From: Raillietiella orientalis
Taxonomy: Eukaryota
DNA: 64,000 nucleotides
Direction: 5' to 3'
Assembly: GCA_036172245.1 (NCBI GenBank)
Contig: JAYWIR010000021.1
Coordinates: forward strand, 682,001 to 746,000
The translations under genes were made by a program, and so were the position numbers. Under the pieces are notes generated by a model that made no database searches, was not told where the DNA came from, and worked only from the letters and a program-made list of their open reading frames with translations. Positions 52,901 through 64,000 of the stretch are shown piece after piece (the stretch's first letter is position 1; every line of letters starts with the position of its first letter).

Positions 52901-55799
52901 GATGGTCCGGTGTCTTCGGAAAGTCACGGGGGCGCATGCATGGATTCCGGTAGGGGGTGAGGTCGCCGTCCGGAAGGGGCTCAGAGCAGCTGCTTCCGTT
53001 CTTCACGGAGAGGGCGGTCGGACCGGGCTTCCATAGTCTCGAGCTGCTACAGGAAGAGCAGGACCGAAGGAGAAAGGAGGGGGAGGAACCTCCGCACGAA
53101 TGCTTGCGGGTCTGGGGTGTTTCGCAGGCGTCCCCGTTTGCAAAGTTGTGACCGAGGTCAGCAAAGGCGGTCCGGGTTTCGGCGACCATCCCTTCCTGCC
53201 CTCTGTGCTCTTGGCGCGCCTGTTCCAAAGAAGGCGGGCTGCTGAAGAGCTCATCAGAGGCAGCAGCTCGGTGGTCAATGCGGGCTGCAGAGACCGCGGT
53301 CTGCACGACAACGACTGCGCCACTGAGCGGCACACGCAGGAAGCTCGCGGTGTGCCCTAAGGAAGCTTCGGCAGCCCGCCGAACCCTCCGCTCGCGCGCC
53401 TCCCAAAGGCGGAAGCGGGGGAGGGAGATCGAAGGGGAGGCGAAAGGAAGCCCTGGGTCTCCCGGCAGGCGGAGGGCCGGCAGGGGACCTCCCCTTTTTC
53501 CGTCCGCCACCTGCACTCGCGGTCACCCATTGCTGGTAGCGGCGACGGGGGCAGATCCAGGGGCCAGCATCAGAATCCTCACCCTCCGTAGTCAGGGTTG
53601 CGACGGCCACTGAGAGGGTGCCAATTTTCTAGGTCCCTCCCCGCCCTGCCGTCTCCCGAGGAACGCGCTGCCCCCCTCCTCCTCCGGCCAGTCTGGAAGC
53701 CTTCGGGGTCAGCGCGGGCTCGAGTCGAGCGCACGGTGGAGGGGGATTCACTAGGCAACCACGCCGCGGGCAGGAGACTCCTTTGGGATCCGCTCGCGGG
53801 CTCGGCCGCCGTCTCCTTGGACGCACAGCTGTGCGCCCAGGGAAGCTGCCGGAGGGATCGGAGCGGGCGGGCGCCCTCTGCGGACGACCTGCATCGCTCT
53901 CATCGCAAGATGAGCGCCCGGAGGGCGGAAGCTCCTCACGGGAAGCACCGAGGCCGGAGAGCGAGGATGCTTGGCTCCTCCTCCTCCCCCGGGAGCGGTC
54001 GCGCCCGCTGAGGTTGCCTTGGAGACCTGCTCGCGCATCCCGCTCGGATCGAGCTCACGTTCACTCCTTCTCGTCCTTCCTTCCTTCAAGGGGGGCTGCT
54101 GCTGGCCGCCTTCCCTCGAAGGGGAGGGCGCGCCTCCCCTTGCGGGCCCCGCAGGTCGCCCATGGGGCAAGCGTCGTCGTTAGTCGGTGGGGAGGGGATC
54201 GATCGGTAGACGGCGCGCGCCCGCTCACCGTGCGGGTAGCGGCTGCGGCGACAGAGGACTGACCTTGGACTGCTACCGGGGCAACGCATCTCGCCATCCA
54301 GCCAGCGGCGGGCCGAACGCGCGAGAAGCGAGCGCGCGCGAGCTTCGTCGTCTCGGGGTAGCCGAGCGCGCGTCGCCCCTCCGGCAGGTCCGATGGAAGA
54401 GAGGGGCGCGAGGTCACCGCCGCCGCCGTCGCCAGCGTCTCCCGGTGGCGGCAGTGCTCATCATCCCCGCGGGCGTCGGTTGCGACCCCTCTCTCCACTC
54501 CTCCGAGCCTTCCTTCGCCACGTAGCGCTGCGACCGGTCAGAGCGACCCGCCGCCGCGTGGCGGTGCATCCAGGAAGGGCAGGGTTTCGGAGGACCTTCC
54601 CTGCCGGAGGGAGGGAGAGGAGGAGACGGCGGCCTCCCTTCCTTCCCGAGAGGCGGCGGCGTCACGTGACGCTCGCAAGGCGTCGTCGTCGTCGTCGCTG
54701 ATGCGGGCGCGCCGCGCGCCCTCTCGCGCGCAGTCGGTGCTCGGCGGCCGCGGCCGCGGACTGCGCGTGGGTGTGCGCGCGCCACGCGGAGGCGAAGCGG
54801 TGCAGTCGGAAAGGACAGGGGAGGATGAGCAAGAACGAAGGGCGTTGTCCCCACCCCCTTCCCCCCTCCCGAACGTGGCGGCGGCGGTGCTGGTGGTCGT
54901 GCCGGTGGACGAAGATGGAAGGATGATGATAGGCGCTCCCTCCTCGCCTTCCCTCCCGGCCCGAAGGAGGAGTTTCTAACGCCGTCCCCGCCCTTCCCCT
55001 ACTGGACCCTTTCCGCCACTCCCCTACCCCCGTGTGCCTCCGCCAGGGGCTGCTGCTGAGCTGCAACAACATGTGCGCCAACTACCTCTTCCAGCCAGAC
55101 AAGCACTACGACATCAACTACGACACTGGCGACAAGGTCATCCAGTGCGGGCGGCACAACGACGTGTTCAAGCTGTGGCTCATGTGGAGGGCCAAGGTAA
55201 GAAGGATAGAGGTCAGCGCGCCTGCGCCGGCTCCCCCCAGCCGCGTCGACCTCCTCCTGACCGTGACTCACCAGGGAGACGAGGGCTTCGAGAGGCAGGT
55301 GGACCGCTTCATGGAGCTGACCGAGTACATGGTGCGGCGCCTGCGCGAGCACCCGGACAAGTTCGAGCTACTCCTGGAGCAGCCCGAGTGTGTCAACGTC
55401 AGCTTCTGGTACGTGCCGCGGCGCCTGCGCGGCATGCCCTCGGGCGCCCAGAGGACGAAGCTGCTGGGCGAGGTGAGAGCGGGGGAAGATGATTGAAGAT
55501 GCGGCGGCGGCGGACCGGAGGGTGGGGATGCGGGGAAAGGGAGGCGCTCGAGGGGGTCTCCTTCCTTCCGATGCCGCTGCCACCGCCTCCGGTAGGACCC
55601 CCTCTCACACATTCCGCTGCCCCAGGTCTGCCCGCTGCTCAAACAAAGGATGATGGAGGCGGGGACGCTCATGATCAGCTACCAGCCCCTGAGGGAGCAT
55701 CCCAACTTCTTCCGCAACATCATCTCCAACCAGGCCGTCTCCGAAAAGGACGTGGACTTCATCCTGTCCGAGATGGACAGGCTGGGCCATGATCTGTAG
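35462..55799 (+). CDS. unc-25: Glutamate decarboxylase (PLP-dependent group II decarboxylase, GABA synthesis); 10 exons, 526 aa
   Basis: Exons 35462-35564, 37834-38070, 44811-45130, 45202-45281, 45397-45568, 45637-45704, 46197-46275, 55047-55196, 55275-55472, 55626-55799. All introns are GT-AG and phase-consistent (1581 nt). Motifs: [77 protein letters not shown]-lysine [47 protein letters not shown]. Confidence 0.97.
35690..36590 (-). mobile_element. Decayed LINE RT in GAD intron 1
   Basis: Ordered motifs: HAPDRTG (cf. KAPGPDG), NCRP-LT...GRVL (cf. NWRPITLL..DYKIL), [31 protein letters not shown] (cf. RGVRQG.PLSPLLF.IALEPLLR) and KRVRSVA* followed by a frameshifted AD (cf. VAYADD). Confidence 0.5.
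41300..42300 (+). mobile_element. Decayed LINE RT and C-terminal fragment in GAD intron 2
   Basis: [10 protein letters not shown] (cf. GVPQGSALSP), HRYGDPLAA (cf. YADDLA), [11 protein letters not shown] (cf. D..L.F..HI) and [13 protein letters not shown] (zinc-knuckle lead-in). Heavily degenerate. Confidence 0.35.
47700..48280 (-). mobile_element. Decayed LINE RT fragment in GAD intron 7
   Basis: IEVHGSG (cf. V.VNG), [14 protein letters not shown] (cf. G..I..L.YADDL), then a downstream segment resembling I.G..IE.V....YLG. Confidence 0.4.
49152..49830. repeat. Diverged ~150-170 bp direct repeat (49152-49297 and 49663-49830)
   Basis: Colinear similarity with an identical 31-nt core CTCGCACGTTTCGCGCCGACGAAGCTTGCGG at 49234 and 49763; both copies also share CGCGAAGCGGACG, GCGTATGCCACCA and GCTTGCTTTGC. 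Confidence 0.9.
49905..49938. repeat. (GA)n microsatellite
   Basis: About 17 perfect GA units. Confidence 0.95.
52900..53400 (-). mobile_element. Decayed RTE-like LINE RT in GAD intron 7
   Basis: In one frame: [42 protein letters not shown] (cf. GRS..D.IF.L...LEKARE......FVD..KAFD.V.H) and [23 protein letters not shown] (cf. LY......V...G..SEPF). Confidence 0.55.
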
Positions 55800-56664
55800 C
55801 GCCGCTGCGGACGGGCGGGACGTCCGCGCGCGTCCTCCGCGTCCGGCGGAAACTCCCTGCTTCGCTCCCCTTCCCCGCCCTCTGCTTGTCTCCCCGCTTC
55901 CCCTTTCTCGAGCGGTAGCTTCCTCCCTCCTTCCCTCCTCCTCGCTGCGAGGGAAACGGCAGGGAGGGGGGAGGGGAAAGCCGGTCTCCCCCTTCCTGTC
56001 CTCCCCAACCGGGCGGGGTGGTCCGAACCTGCCCGATCGCCAAGGTCCTGTAGAAGGTCGTCCGGTCACGTGACGGGGACCCATCCCCGCTCGCGAGGTC
56101 GCTGCTGCCTCTCTCTCCCCTCCCCCTCTTTCCTCCTCCCCCTCTCTTCCCCGCTCCTTTTGCAACTACCCAAATCGATTCGCCCTGCTTTTCTTCCCCG
56201 TCTTTCCCGCCCGTCCTCTTCCGCTCCTCGCCGACCTGGCGTTCGCTCCTGGGATCAGGCAGGCGGCGCGGAAGGGTCGTCGGCCGGCCCAGGGAGACGC
56301 CCCTCGGTGGGGCCGTCATTGAGTTGTGCTGCTGTCACCCGTGTCCTCTTGCGCCCCCCAGGACTACCTGGCGAGCGCTCCTGCTGCCGTCACGGGCGTA
56401 GGCAGCGGTGGTCCACGCCTGTGCTGTTGCTGTTGTTGCCTGTTGCTGCCGTGGTTTTCGTTTCTCCTTGTTCCCGTTGTTGTTGCTGTTGCTACTGTTT
56501 GTTGTTATTGTTGTTGTTGTAAATAGCTGAGTTGACTTCACGGAATCCCACTTCCGGCAACATTCCCAGTCTTCCAAACCGCTGTACAGGAACGAATCCG
56601 AAGAGTTGTCCCACAACTCTTTTCGTATTGTAAAGCGTACGTGTGGGCGCCAACAGCCCCAAGC

Positions 56665-56670
56665 AATAAA
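56665..56670 (+). terminator. Probable GAD polyadenylation signal (3' UTR ~55800-56690)
   Basis: First AATAAA I found after the GAD stop codon, at the end of a U-rich, lower-GC tract (TGT/TGC repeats 56420-56520). Confidence 0.55.
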
Positions 56671-58199
56671 ACACTGGTTACTTAGGAGACGAGCTGCGTG
56701 GGTGTCGCGGCTGGAGCAGGGGGGGGGGGCGTTCCAGGAATGGCCGCGTCCGTGGAGCCACCGCCTTCGGAAACCAGCGCGGGCTGCCAGGAGGAGGAGG
56801 AAGAGGAGAAGTGGGGAGTCTCTTCCGGAGGAGGACCTCCGGGAAGGAGAGCCTGCAGCTGGGATCCATGCCGGTCAGAATCCCGGCAGCGGAGGCGCTT
56901 CAGCCAGCCCGCAGTCAGCCAAGGTCGCGCAGCCGTCTCCACCGGCAGGTTGGCCTTTCCGGAAGGCGGGGCAAGAGGCGGGAACCGCCGACTTGGCTGC
57001 CCGCAGAGCCCGTCCTGGAGCCTCCGAGGAGGCAGGAAGCTCTTCCGCGCCGCTGCGGGCGTCCACGGGAGAGGAGGAGCGGGAGCAAATGCGGAGGCCG
57101 CGGCAACGGCTCCCGCCGTCGCCGCCCAGAGGTCAAACATCTGGTCCCGAAGGGTTTTCGAGGTCGCAGCTGCGCTCTCTGCACTTGGAGGTGACCTCGT
57201 CGAGAGCTGGGTGGAGGGGATGTCTCGTAGACCCGAGGGTCCCTGGCGCCGCCGGGACGAAGGCGGTTTTTTGTTGTGGAGGGGAGGGGAGGAAGGTAAG
57301 AACGCGTAAGAGGGGGTCCCCTCCCAGGGGAAGGTGTCCCCACCTCGCCCGGCGGAAGACGCCGGGCGACGAAGCCAGATCGCTCGCCCCCTCGGGCTCT
57401 GCACCGAGACGAGTGCGGAGCCCAAGGCGAGCCCTGCACCGCCCACCCCGGCGAAGGGTCGCTGGCCGCACGGTCGCGAGGAGGGAAAGCCGCAGGAGAG
57501 CCGCTCTTCGGGGACACCGCCCACGCGTGACGAATGGCCTCCGTCAAGTCACGCTCAGCCCCCTCGCCCCGCTTTCCCCTTTCTATTTCCTCTCGCGCTC
57601 CGAGGGTTCAGGGTAGTTCCCGGGCCCGCGGCGCGGCCCGTTGGCCGCGTGGAGGTGGAGGCACCGCCGAGAGCTCTTCAGGGGGGGGAGGGTAGTACCG
57701 AGCGGCACCGGCTGGCGGTACCGACGCTAGGTCGCGCGCACTCCGGGGCGCGACCAGAGGCGGGCAGCAGGCGGCCTCCGAAAGAATCCGAGCAGACGGA
57801 TAGGTGGCGTGGCGCCGCCCAGGCGACTTCCCATGTCCTCTGTCTTCTCCCCAACAAGGAAGGGAGCGACGGAGGGTCCTCCCCCCCTGGGGGTTCCAGA
57901 CGCGCTCTCCAGACTATGGAGAGCTACCGCACGGAGATGTTCGTCCGGTCAGCGGCGACCTCCGGAGGCAACGCTCCAGGAGTCACGCAGCTCGAGGTCG
58001 TGGGACAATCAAGAAACAACCGGACCTCCATCCTGGAGGTGGGGGAGGGTATGTCTGGCAGTTTGCTGCCCGCAGGCGGTGAGGACGCCTCTGCTCCAGC
58101 AGCCGAGAGGGAGGGAAACTCCAGGAAGCTTCCGGAGTCTACGAGGAGGAGGAGGAGGGACATCCGGCGGGTCACCACCTCGCGCGCGCGGAGAGGCCG

Positions 58200-61100
58200 C
58201 CCTTCCGCGGGGTTGACTGGAGAATCCAGCGGGAATCCCCCCTTTCGCCTCCCCACCCTTCTCGGGAAATGCCACAGGCGTCTTCGCTCCCGAACTCCCT
58301 CGAGAGCGGGAAATTCGGGCAATCGAGGGCAGGTGGCGGAGGGCCCTCCTTCGGAAGATTCTCCAGAGAATAGTGGCGTGCGGATCTTCCGGGAACCCGT
58401 CGAGGACCCCCCTTCTGTCCGCTCTGAGGAGGAAGAGCTTTGCTGCCCGAGGGTGGAAGGACCAGAAGAGGAGGCGCACTCAGGGGGTCCGCCTTCCCGC
58501 TGGCGGACCCCGGGAGGGGAAGGGGAAACTTCACTTTCTCGAGGATTCTCCTTCGGGGGCCCAGGATCTCCAGCGTGCGGAACCCATCCCTTCCCCTCCG
58601 GGAGTTCTGCTGCTCTCTTGCCGACCCCTTCCCCGTCCGTTCGCCCCTTCGGCATCTCGAAACTGCCAGCCTGGCCTCGCTAGGAGTCCTCGGGATGCGG
58701 CCGTGCGCTCCACGCCCCTCGGAAGGGGCAGGTGAGAGTCCCTCTGGCAAGAACGGGCACTGCTCTTCGCGTGAGAGGGGCACCCGAAGGATTGATGCAG
58801 GGGCCGGACCCCCGCGGCAGGGACGACGAGTCAGAGGAAGGTCACTCGGGTGACGAGGCTGCTGGCCTAGGGATCGGGCTCAGATGCTCCCGTGTGAGCC
58901 CAGGCGGCTGCCTCCTATCCCGAGAACGTTCCCGCCAGGAGTCTGGAGGGACCCTGGAGCGCCACCTCTGCGGAGCCGGAGGTGCGTCCGCGGACGGGAC
59001 AGGGGGACCTCCAGTGGGACCTGAGTCCGCGGCCTAGAGCGTTTCTGACTGGACCTGGAGGTCGTCTCCGGAGATCAGGAGGGGGGAGAGGAACCGTGCC
59101 AAGCCATCCCGGGCCAAGGGACCCCCTCGTCGATTGCCGGCAGTCCTGAATCGGAGTCCATCCTCCTCCTCCACCAGGACCGAGCCGTTCTTGAGCCGGA
59201 CAGCAAACAGTCGAGGGCGGGCTCGAGGGAAGTGGCCCTAGGGGTTTCCCATGTGATGAGCGGGGAAGCAAGTCCCGGGACGTCCAGCTGAGCAGAAGCG
59301 CCGACCCGTCCCGCCAGATCGGGGTCACGTCCGCAGCCGCCGCCTCTGAGTGAGGCAGGCATCCCCCCCCCCCAGGGCTAGAAGGGCGCTGCACGAAGGG
59401 CGGGGCGTTTTCCCCGAACCCGTGCGCCGAAGGCAGATGGTCCAGGGAGCGCTGCGCCCGGTGGGCGGGGACCCGAGCGACAGGGGTGGGAAATTCCAGC
59501 AGCACCGCGCGGGTGCCCGGAGGGGCTTTTTGTCGGAAACTCTTCGTGGACTCCCTGCTCCAGTCGGAGATCCCGGATTCCGCTCCGAGTGCGAGTCCCT
59601 GCTGTACCGCCCCACTGCACCCTCTTCCGCCGGGTTTCGCCCTAGGGCTAAGCGTCCTGGGTTCACTTCGTCCCTCTTCGGCCCCCCCACTGCCACCAGC
59701 GCCCTCTGCCGGCGAATGGGAGAGCACGCTCTCCTCCTACAGCTGCGCCCTCGAGCTGGCGGCCGAAATCCATGGGAAGGCGCCCTCTATGGCTCCGGAG
59801 GCACCAGAGCTGGAGGGAGTCATCTCCCAGGGTGAGGGTGGGGTGTTGCCTCGTGGTCTCTGGTAGCTCCTGCTCTCCCTGCGTCGCTTCCTCGATGGGA
59901 TCGATCTCGACGGGAGCTTGTGCCTCTCGGCAATGCGTCCTCAACGAGAAGGCCCTCACTCCGTGCCTCGAGGAAGGTCCCACCAAGATGGCGGTGGGGC
60001 AGCAGCGAGCTCTGGTACTGACGGCGCGCGCACGAAGAAGAGGGAGAGAAGGGGGGAGAGTGGGAAGGGGAGAGAAGAAAAAGAAGAAAAAAAAACAGCA
60101 ACCGCTGACGTCTGAGTGACGCAGGCGAAAACGCAAAGTACCTGGCGAACAGCTGCGCAACTGCTCCTAGCCTCTCCGCTGGTAAGAACGCCGCTCTGGA
60201 AGCGTTCGAGTCATTCGAAGACAGCCTCCGGAAGACGAACGGGCATTTTTTTCTCCCAGGACACGCAACGTGCGCTTCCGGGAGCCCCCCACCTCCTATT
60301 CCTCCCTTCTGCGCACTGTCGCACGGGCTCGCAAGGGGAGCCCTCCGTCCGCGAGGCTCCTCCGGAAGGCGAGGGATGGACATCCGAACGGCGTTTACCA
60401 AGGAGTTCAGGATGAATCCTGGCCCGGAGCAGGCGCCCTGGTCGCTACTGCTCCCCCGCCGTCGAGACGGGGCCGCCCGGGTGGGCGGCGGCGCGCCCGC
60501 CTGCTGGAGGAGGGTTCCTTCCCTCATCGGGGATCCTGGAGGAGGGTAGGTTGCTCCAGGAGAGATTACGAGATCAGGAGCGGGTGATCGCAAAGGGGGG
60601 GAGGCGGGAAACGCCAGCATCCGTTCCGAACCGGTTACACCCTCTAGCTCACGCGGGCACCCCAGAGACGGGTGATTCCCGTCGGCTCGCTGCCGGCACT
60701 CTCAAGGATGATGAACTCGCGGCTGGGATCCCGGGTGGACCCTCAGCTACGCTCCCGGTGGTCATCTTCCCTGAGTTTTCGGGCGCACGCCGCCAGTCGC
60801 CGCCCCGTTCCCGACTCCTCTACAGGGGAGCCAGCACCTGCTGACGCCTCTTCCTTGCTTCCGCTTGGCGCGCTTCCGAAACGCTTCGGGTTTCGTCCCA
60901 AGGTGGAGCCAAGTGTTCTGTCATGGCCGAGCTCTTAAATCAGGCTACCTTAAGGGTCGACTCCTCTCAAGAGGTCCGTGACAGCAAATTCGTCTTCACG
61001 TTCTGCCTACACCTGCTGCAGGTTTTCCATCTTCTGCCTGTCCTGGAACCTCACACCTTGCTCCAAATCTTCCCAATTCGCTTTTTCCGAAGACACCTCT

Positions 61101-61600
61101 TAACTCTGATGGCGGCGATGAGGCAAATGCCCTCCTCGGATAGTGCCCGAGTGGGCGGCCGTGCTGCTGGGGTCTCGGAGCGTGGCACCGACCGGCGTCG
61201 CGGGTTCTAATCCCACCGCCGGGGAAGTACCGACGCCGAGAACGAGGGGTGAGTCGTCGGTTCGTTCGAGTTTCCCCAGCGAGATGACGCTGGTCGGCCT
61301 CTGTTCACTGGTGGAAGCACTGGTGGAAACCGGATGCCCCCGACGACCAGCCGGGATTGGAAGTGGACCTTCCAGGTTCCTTCCAGGAAGGCAGAAGCCA
61401 GTCCTCCTTTGGGATCGTTCCCCCTCACTCCGGTTGCGAAAATGGAGCCGTCCGTCGCGCACCATGGAGCCAGCTGACACTCCCCTCCTGGGGGTTGCCT
61501 CTCCAGGGTGCAAGAAAGGCACTGCTCTCTTTGGGGAGCGCCCTCTGGGGTTCTTCAGAGGAGAAGGAGGAAACGAGGAGTGACTCCCACAGACAAGGGT
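58200..61600 (-). mobile_element. Near full-length, heavily decayed RTE-clade LINE (APE endonuclease + RT)
   Basis: Colinear degenerate motifs: GRLHFRNRSEGERSQRRTGFCL (APE, ~61.4 kb); ELRGVFGKSELG, AERE..FAVTD and NTWLH (~61.1-60.9 kb); ILVGP, ELPETTR...GDD...SHRGRLPMDFGRQLE (cf. NYRGISLL..PGKILE, ~59.8 kb); PGGRGCSGAV; HGKPLGPLP; EPALDCLL; RLLFWS and ILWRIFRRRALRHL (~58.4 kb). Confidence 0.55.
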
Positions 61601-62949
61601 CCTGAGGAGAGAACAAGTCGGGAAACTTCCGCAGAGACTCCAACTCCTCCGCACCGTCCGTCCTTCTGCTTCCCGATCACCACCAGAGACCGCCGGAGTG
61701 ACCACAGCAACGGAAGCAAACAAGGGGAGCAGGAAAGGAGGGAAGTGGCAATCGAGACTGCGCGGTGGCATGAAGCCGGACGTGTCTTCACCTGTCGGTG
61801 AGTCAAGGAGGCTCCCGTTTCAGGCCATCCCCACCTCCTGTGCTGGCAGCCTCTCCCTTCTTTCCCGTTGGGAGCGCAGGAATCAAGAAAGGCACTGCTG
61901 CACGTGCCCCATGAGGGAGCGTTACCCCGACAACGGCGGCGGCGGCAGCTTGGCGAGAGAAGGGCGCGCATCTTCCGCTTCCGGGGGCGGCAGGAAAGGA
62001 ACGGAAGACGTGGGGACAGCCGCCGTCCCGTCCTGTCCCCCTCCGAGCGCGGCGCCTCGCGTGGAGCCCCAGGGTGCGGCCCTCCGAGCAAACTCGGCTC
62101 CGTGCGGATGCGTCCACTCAAAATCCCGGATTTTCCGAGTCCTCCTCCACGGGAACGAATCCGCTCGTGCGGACGGGAACTAGAGCGACTGTTCGTCCGG
62201 GGAGTTCGGGTTCGGGAAGGAGGAGGCGCTAAGAGCTGCTGCTGCTGTTGCGCTCGAAAACAGAGGATTCCTCCGCCGGAGCGAGGCGTCACGCCTTGCA
62301 TCGCCGTGGAAACCCAGGCGGCTACGGCGTGGCGCTCCCGACTGAGGATGACAAGGGTGGAGAGATGCCTTTCGGACAGGCATTTGGGGATCGAGCGGTC
62401 TCGCCGGCGGCGGGATGTCGGGAGACTTCCGCATCTCTCCGGCGGGTACCTCCCTCCCCGTTCCTAATCCCTGCTCTTCCACAGACCGTAGGAAGTCCTG
62501 ATGTGCTTGGGGAGAACACACGGAGAGTCCTACGGCTCTCGAGCGCACAGTACTCGCCGTTTCGATTTTCTGGAGCCAAATGACGCGCGGCAGGATCGTC
62601 TAGTCGCACCGGCGGCTCCAGAGGCGGGCGCGCATCCGGCAAAAGGGGAAGGGAAACCCCTCCTGCCTTCCTCTCTTGACGCGCTCCTCCGCCAGCATCC
62701 GTGAGGCGAGGATTCCCGTTGCGACCGGGAGGGGGGGGATTCCCAGGCCCGTGGTGCGGGCCTCGGCACGCGACATCCCAGTGGGATGCTCTTGCAAACT
62801 GGGGATGGAAGGAGGGGAGGGAGGGAGGAAGAGGCAGGAGACATCCGGACGAGACAGAAAGGAGGCCCGGAAGAAGGGCGCCCCGATGAGAGGGAAGAGA
62901 AGGAACAGGCAGTTGGCCGCTCCTTTCGGCAGCCGCAGTAGCTTCTGCA

Positions 62950-63900
62950 GGGATTACCAGGCGGAGGGAGGAATTCCTCGTCTCCATGGAAGCGCGGGAT
63001 GCCTGGATGCTCCCGGAAGCCTTCTCTCCTCTGCACCAAGAGCCTTCGCCTCTCGGTGCCTAAATGCGGGTCGGAAGCTCCTTCCCCCTCTCCGATGCCC
63101 CCACCCACACCATAGCCCCCAACTCCCCCTTCCCTGCAAGCCGCTGCCAAGTCGGAGCTCCCGATGCCTCCCAGGAGAGGACACGGACTTCCCTCCGGCA
63201 AACCCTTAGGAGCTTGACCGCGACCGGAGGATTTCCATTTACGGAGGACCACGTGCCTGCAGCAGGCAGCTTTCCACTCCCGTGACACTTGGAACTCAAG
63301 GCGCCCCTGGAGCTCCGCGCCGGGAGGGGCCAGGGGTTCGCCTGTCTGGATCGAGGCGCGCGCAAGCGGGACGAGGAAGAGACCACGACCGCCAGATCCC
63401 GAGTCCAGAAATCGGGAGCAGGAGCTCCGAACGCCCACGGGCGAAGCGTGCTCAGCCTTGAACTCCTGGAGGCTGGCAGAGGGGTCAAGCGGATGACCTG
63501 CGCGCGGACGGCGGAGGGGAAGGGGGGATTTTTCTTTTTCTCCCCATGCAGAAGAAGGAGGACACCGGGGCGGCAGGACCCACGTCGTCAAGAAAGACGA
63601 GACCTGGTTGGCGCTGCGGCTCGACGTCGTCGTCTCGGGGGAAGGGGATCTAACGAGCAGTTATGCCGAGAGCAGACGAAGAGAGCTCCCCCACTTCCGT
63701 CCCCCCATCTCAGAAGGAGGGCCATCGGACACCCCTGGTCATCCCTGCACAATTGCCCGGGAAGAGAGATCCCGGAAGCAGGAGGTCTCGATGAAAAGGA
63801 GGCGGAGGAACGGCCAGTTGGCAGCTCCTCTAGGCAACCGCAGTTGCTTCTGCGGGGACTACCAGGAGGGCAGGCTTAAACGTCTCCCTGCGGTCGCGCG
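62950..63900 (-). mobile_element. Decayed LINE RT fragment
   Basis: ANWPFLRLLFIETSCF (cf. NWRPISLL.VD.KIF, ~63.8 kb), PLDPSASL (cf. LD.S.AF) and KGLPEGSPCPLL (cf. GLPQGSPLSPLL, ~63.2 kb). Confidence 0.5.
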
Positions 63901-64000
63901 GATGGCGCTCCGATGGCTCCTCGCTTCCTCCGCCGCTCGGAATCGGCGAGGATCGTTGCCATGGCAAACGATGCACCGTGGAGTGGGAGGTGCCTCATGC

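Noticed and set aside
56560..56625. Minus-strand KR-VVGQLFGFVPVQRF-GR, resembling an RFamide neuropeptide
   Set aside because: Single copy with no signal-peptide exon found. It lies antisense to the GAD 3' UTR hairpin, so chance is the simpler explanation.
57334..58683. 449-aa plus-strand ORF, and similar long Arg/Pro/Gly/Ser-rich ORFs (10823-12016, 24165-25151, 32080-33138, 39618-40865, 44651-45859)
   Set aside because: Overlapping open frames on both strands, low-complexity products and no domains. Expected from stop-codon scarcity in GC-rich DNA, antisense shadows of GAD exons, or LINE fossils.

Overview
Eukaryotic (metazoan) genomic DNA, not prokaryotic. It has spliceosomal GT-AG introns, many only 39-150 nt long. 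Short introns, the GAD exon pattern and a SID-containing SBP2 suggest a clade I nematode such as Trichuris, but that assignment is an inference. Well-supported genes: (1) a 9-exon secreted pepsin/cathepsin D-family protein (minus, 9774-3662) with an intact ORF but both catalytic DTG motifs altered (DTL and SIA), i.e. a probable pseudo-protease; (2) SECIS-binding protein 2 (minus, ~18979-17305) in a sharply AT-rich, CpG-poor island; (3) tRNA-Ala(UGC) (minus, 26482-26411); (4) a complete 10-exon glutamate decarboxylase (unc-25/GAD1-like, plus, 35462-55799, 526 aa). Lower-confidence minus-strand multi-exon genes lie at 1-1367, ~12.0-14.3 kb and ~16.0-17.1 kb. Much of the GC-rich intronic and intergenic DNA contains decayed non-LTR retrotransposon (LINE) fragments. 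I recognised these by eye from degenerate endonuclease, RT and zinc-knuckle motifs; one is a near full-length RTE-like fossil at ~58.2-61.6 kb. Most long ORFs in the supplied track are GC-content artefacts. No CRISPR array, rRNA or prokaryotic system is visible.
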